Assembly (NCBI RefSeq): GCF_000237865.1
Contig: NC_017459.1
Span: 360,001 to 392,000 of the forward strand
Length of the DNA stretch: 32,000 nucleotides
DNA from: Haloquadratum walsbyi C23
GTDB taxonomy: Archaea; Halobacteriota; Halobacteria; Halobacteriales; Haloferacaceae
Direction: 5' to 3'
Shown: positions 28,540-32,000 of the stretch, in pieces
How positions within the stretch are numbered: position 1 is the first letter of the stretch
Layout of the letters: every line of letters starts with the position of its first letter
The notes under the pieces: model-generated
What the model was told of the DNA's origin: nothing
The model's input: the letters and a program-made list of their open reading frames with translations, nothing else
The model's database searches: none
Program-made: the position numbers and the translations under genes

Positions 28540-29304
28540 TCAGACATCAAACATGGCAGCTATCGAGAGTATCAAGGGTATCTCTGTAAGGATCGCAACC
28601 AGACGCTCAATCACAATACCGGCACAATCTTCGAACACTCTACAATCCCGCTCAGGATGTGGTATCTCGCCATCTATATATATATATCCGGCAGAACACA
28701 AGCATTCAACAGCTCGACGCTGAACCCGCCGTTTCACACAAGACTGTCTACCGGCGCGTTCGATGCTTCCCGCGGGCGCTGGACACATCATAATTGGGTA
28801 CAGAAAGCCGGTCTACAGTCGGTCAACGGCAAGAACCCGAATCACATTGCTGCCGGCAAGACTGTGATTTAATTCAACGATCATCGGTTTTGGCTGTACG
28901 CTGTGGTCGATCCTGACTCGAACAAATTCTTCCACGTGAGGCTGTGTTTGACCAGAAGAACCGTCCTGAAAGGCGATTTCTGTAGGGACTCCAGGAGAAA
29001 ACACGACGTCGCCGACTGCGGATACGTGTTCGCTGTGCACATGTCAACCGAAAGCCTGCGTAGCGTATCGATTGGATTCAGAGTATCTGTTCCAATCGTT
29101 CGTTCGCATCTAAAATACCTCCAGAACTCGGATCATACAGTCCGATACCAGGGTATAGTGTATCGTATTCGGACGGGAGCACCACCAACTTTCTTCAGGG
29201 CATACGACGAAATGAAAGCGAGCGGTACGGCTCTTTGCTATTACTATGAGGGATATATTTCTCTAACGAATCGGCTACCGGAGGTGGATGCGCTCGCCAA
29301 TTAA
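28540..29304 (+). pseudogene. IS6-family transposase remnant
   Basis: HHNWVQKAGLQSVNGKNPNHIAAGKTVI*FNDHRFWLYAVVDPDSNKFFHVRL...RRKHDVAD matches haloarchaeal IS6-type transposases. There is an in-frame TAA at 28870-28872, and the DDE first Asp context is degraded (AAGKT where homologues, as I recall them, have VAVDET). The 5' boundary is uncertain. Confidence 0.7.
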
Positions 29305-29371
29305 ATGAAGAAGACACCAATCACGCCGGTTAGCCCAAATGACGGGGTCTCGGCCATCTGCGGATCGTGAC

Positions 29372-30208
29372 CTACTGACTACCGTTTTCGCTGTCGTTCG
29401 TTGCATCAACTATCGATCCCGTGTTCGCCTCAAATCCCCGCTCGAAGTGATTGTCCGCGCGAGCAGCGGGGAGCCATGCAGGCGGTACGACGCCGCTCGC
29501 TGACCGGGATGTGACGCTATACTGGAACCGCTTGGGCTCGCCCGCCTGACCGTATAGGAGTTGAGCCTCTCGGACGACCCCATCCTCGTCGACAGTCAGG
29601 TACCCTCGAACGTCAGTCGCGTTTCGGACGGCGACATCGGTGATTGCGTATCGGATGCGGCGTTCACCAGTGTTCTCGGTGACCTGGATCACTCGAAACT
29701 CGCCGATCGTCAGAATCCTGGAGACCACCGCCCACATCGAGTCGGCCGCGCGGAACCGGGTCTCGCCGACCGAGCCGTTCGTCATCTTGAAAGCGATCCG
29801 CCCGTTCCGCCCGCTACGGCTGTGTCGAACGTTCGACTCGACGTAAACGTCGTTCTGACTGACGTCGGCGTACCCGTTGTGCACGTCGAGACGGAACCGG
29901 GCCCGCGTCGCGCCCGCTTCGTATTGGTAGTCGGCGTACGCGCCGGGACGGAACCGTTCGAGAGCAACCCCGGACACCGGCTCCGTCCGGAGGAACGTGA
30001 TCGATAGCCTGCGAGCCGTCGCGATATCGATCTCAGACCGGGAGAACCCCTCCGGGAACTCGGCGTCGGCGAGCGTCTCATCGGAGATAGCTGTCGAGTT
30101 CAACGCCGGACTTGTCGTCGGGGTGGGGTCATCAGGGGCGACGTACCCATACCCCGCGAGAGCGAGGAGACACGCGACCGCGATCGCGGCGAAGACCCTC
30201 CAAGACAC
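29372..30208 (-). CDS. secreted or membrane-anchored hypothetical protein
   Basis: GTG start. N-terminal hydrophobic signal/anchor WRVFAAIAVACLLALAGYGYV followed by a Pro/Thr linker. The uninterrupted 278-aa ORF lies in a GC-rich segment. Confidence 0.6.
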   Translation of the reverse strand: MSWRVFAAIAVACLLALAGYGYVAPDDPTPTTSPALNSTAISDETLADAEFPEGFSRSEIDIATARRLSITFLRTEPVSGVALERFRPGAYADYQYEAGATRARFRLDVHNGYADVSQNDVYVESNVRHSRSGRNGRIAFKMTNGSVGETRFRAADSMWAVVSRILTIGEFRVIQVTENTGERRIRYAITDVAVRNATDVRGYLTVDEDGVVREAQLLYGQAGEPKRFQYSVTSRSASGVVPPAWLPAARADNHFERGFEANTGSIVDATNDSENGSQ

Positions 30209-30772
30209 GTCATTTTTTCGTGGTCACCGGGTAATGAAGTTGTTGACGACCCGCGCTGTAATCGCTCCCGCCGACGTTTCATTTATTTGTCCCCCGATAG
30301 GGGGCCGAATCGGAAACTGAGTTATCGAGGCGGCAATCCGACTGACCCATCTTCAATCCCCGCTCGGTCTGTCGGTCGCGATACCCTCCGTGCCTTCTGA
30401 TAACCTCGTCGACGTGACCCCAGGCGACCGGCGGTTGACCGCCGAGAGCGCGACGTCGAGATGTTCAAGCCGCTCGTCGACCCAATCGTCATAGCCCGGA
30501 CCGACTCCGGATCCTCACCCGTCCAGTCGGCGACGCCGTCGATGGCGACGCTGAGATAGAGACGTATTTGAGGTTAGAGGACCGCCGGGTCAACCTGTTC
30601 GCACTCCACCAACCGGTCGCTGGTGACCTCCGGCTTGCCACCGCCTCGTTCAAGATCATTACAACCTCGAACGGGTCGATATCTCAAGTCCCCGATGCCA
30701 GCGAAGCATCATAGTCTGACCTACTATTTCAATTGTAGTGAGATTGATTAACTGCTTGACCAACCGGAATAG

Positions 30773-31307
30773 CACGAGACGTACGCAGATCGCATCAACG
30801 ACCTGCTGAGGGACCGCGACTTTACCTCGCGTGCCGAGCAACCGCAGTTTCTAGACCCGCATGGCTTTCTCGCGAGCTACAACTTCACTTATATCGATAA
30901 GGCAAGCATGGCGGCCGGCGTTGAGGTCCGGGTACTACTAGCCACACACTACATCACCGAGGAGTACTTCGGCTAGCCGCTCACAAAAAAGATGATCGAC
31001 GGTCTGGAGACACCGCTGAAATCAGTCGCTCGAGATGTCTTGATCGATGAATACGTCGACTACCGAAAGGAGGGCTTTGGCTTTCCTATCGAGATCAGAC
31101 GATACTCGACTCCGAACAGATATGGAGGAACTTCAGGAGATGACTGATGACGAGCGCATCCAGCGGTTGTTCGACGTCGAAACAATCAATAGTCTCGTTA
31201 ACGACCGCTACCAGGAGCGAGCGCAGAACGCGATAAAACTCTGGAAACTCTACACGCTGTGTCTCTGGATAGAAGAGTCCGACGTGACCATCTCGGGGCG
31301 AGCGTAA
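30773..31307 (+). pseudogene. asparagine synthase (glutamine-hydrolysing)-like fragment, C-terminal part only
   Basis: YADRINDLL...FLDPHGFLASYNFTYIDKASMAAGVEVRV (DK.SMA..E.RV motif), then KEGFGFPI, then LFDVETINSLVNDRYQ...KLWKLYTLCLWIEE. In-frame TAG at 30974-30976 and a frameshift near 31100. The N-terminal domains are absent. Confidence 0.6.
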
Positions 31308-31341
31308 CCGGTCGTCGTGGACAGGTTCGGAAACATCATCC

Positions 31342-32000
31342 TCAGTCCAACAGGTCGCTGGTATTGACATCGATGGCTTGATTCTCCCGAATGGACCGTT
31401 GCACCTCGAACGAAAGCAGTGAACCCCAGAGTAGTTCGCCCGCCGGGAACGGGAATGGGTCGCCTTCTCGTGCGTAGTCAACCAGCGTCTCGAACTGCTG
31501 ATTGTGACCTTTCTTTTGATAGTGATTAGTGCAAGTCTTTACCGCCGTGATTATCCGTGTCGGTGATTGGAGCCGCTGAATCCGCGTCATTCGACACCGT
31601 CGGTGAAACTATTCGAACTAATCACTATGAGACAGCGGAACGATGCGGTCGTTCTTGTAATTCTCGACCGTGTGTATATATTCCCCAGTGAACGCCTCGG
31701 CGTACTCGCTTGACGTCGAAGGATCGCACAGTGTACAAGATGGTGCTAACCGAACCGTTCTTAAATGAGACAGTCACCGTGAGGTTGTCCTCTGTATCAT
31801 GGGCACTGTCGCCGGAAATAGGCTGTGCGTGGACCTGCTGGAGGACGGCATTAGTGAGAAACTGGGGGTAATCGAGGAAATGACACAGTCCGGTGACGAA
31901 TTATCCGCAAACTTGGTCAAGAAGCATTGAAACAGATTGTCCGAGAAGTTCTCTGACTCATCAACAATGTACTTCATAAGAGCGTTGTTCATTAGACTAC
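31342..32000 (-). pseudogene. Gfo/Idh/MocA-type (bi-domain) oxidoreductase, frameshifted and split by a MITE; continues beyond the window
   Basis: Manual minus-strand translation gives GLCHFLDYPQFLTNAVLQQVHAQPISG..EDNLTVTVSFKNGSVSTILYT / DPSTSSEYAEAFTGEYIHTVENYKN / [MITE] / QKKGHNQQFETLVDYAREGDPFPFPAGELL. The pieces lie in different frames. Confidence 0.55.
31519..31628. mobile_element. 110-bp MITE, copy 2 (inserted in the oxidoreductase gene)
   Basis: Same TIRs and length as copy 1. The coding sequence of the oxidoreductase resumes on both sides. Confidence 0.8.

Overview
The window looks like chromosome from a low-GC haloarchaeon. The evidence is strongly acidic predicted proteins, a Tat/lipobox substrate-binding protein and short or absent 5' leaders. 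Composition and element types resemble Haloquadratum, but that is inference only. The left two thirds (1-20.6 kb) is ordinary core genome. It carries an ABC-2 exporter pair, a CPD photolyase, npdG, hisE, pdxT, a sub-threshold Sec61-beta gene and a SnoaL-like protein. It also carries a five-gene dppABCDF-type peptide ABC operon and a Usp / APC permease / TrkA / Lrp-RCK_C transport-regulation cluster. In that cluster trkA has an in-frame amber codon. The right third (20.6-32 kb) is accessory and heavily decayed. It holds an IS200/IS605 element whose tnpA and tnpB are both pseudogenes; tnpB is broken exactly where a 79-bp palindrome plus a long hexanucleotide microsatellite sits. Next comes a sparsely packed cassette of a hotdog thioesterase, a wHTH/zinc-finger protein and a DUF3891-like protein, followed by thioredoxin and a sub-threshold L40e gene. 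Two copies of a 110-bp MITE bracket an IS6-type transposase remnant and a visibly GC-richer block. That block carries an intact secreted protein and decayed surface-glycan genes (an asnB-like fragment and a Gfo/Idh/MocA oxidoreductase split by the second MITE). I found no rRNA, tRNA or CRISPR array and no recognisable canonical defence system. The best candidates for something undescribed are three. First, the paralogous wHTH proteins with swapped C-terminal modules (7785-8417 and 24500-25138) and their uncharacterised neighbours. Second, the palindrome-plus-microsatellite insertion in tnpB. Third, the MITE family. All functional calls come from reading the translations and recalling motifs, not from database searches.
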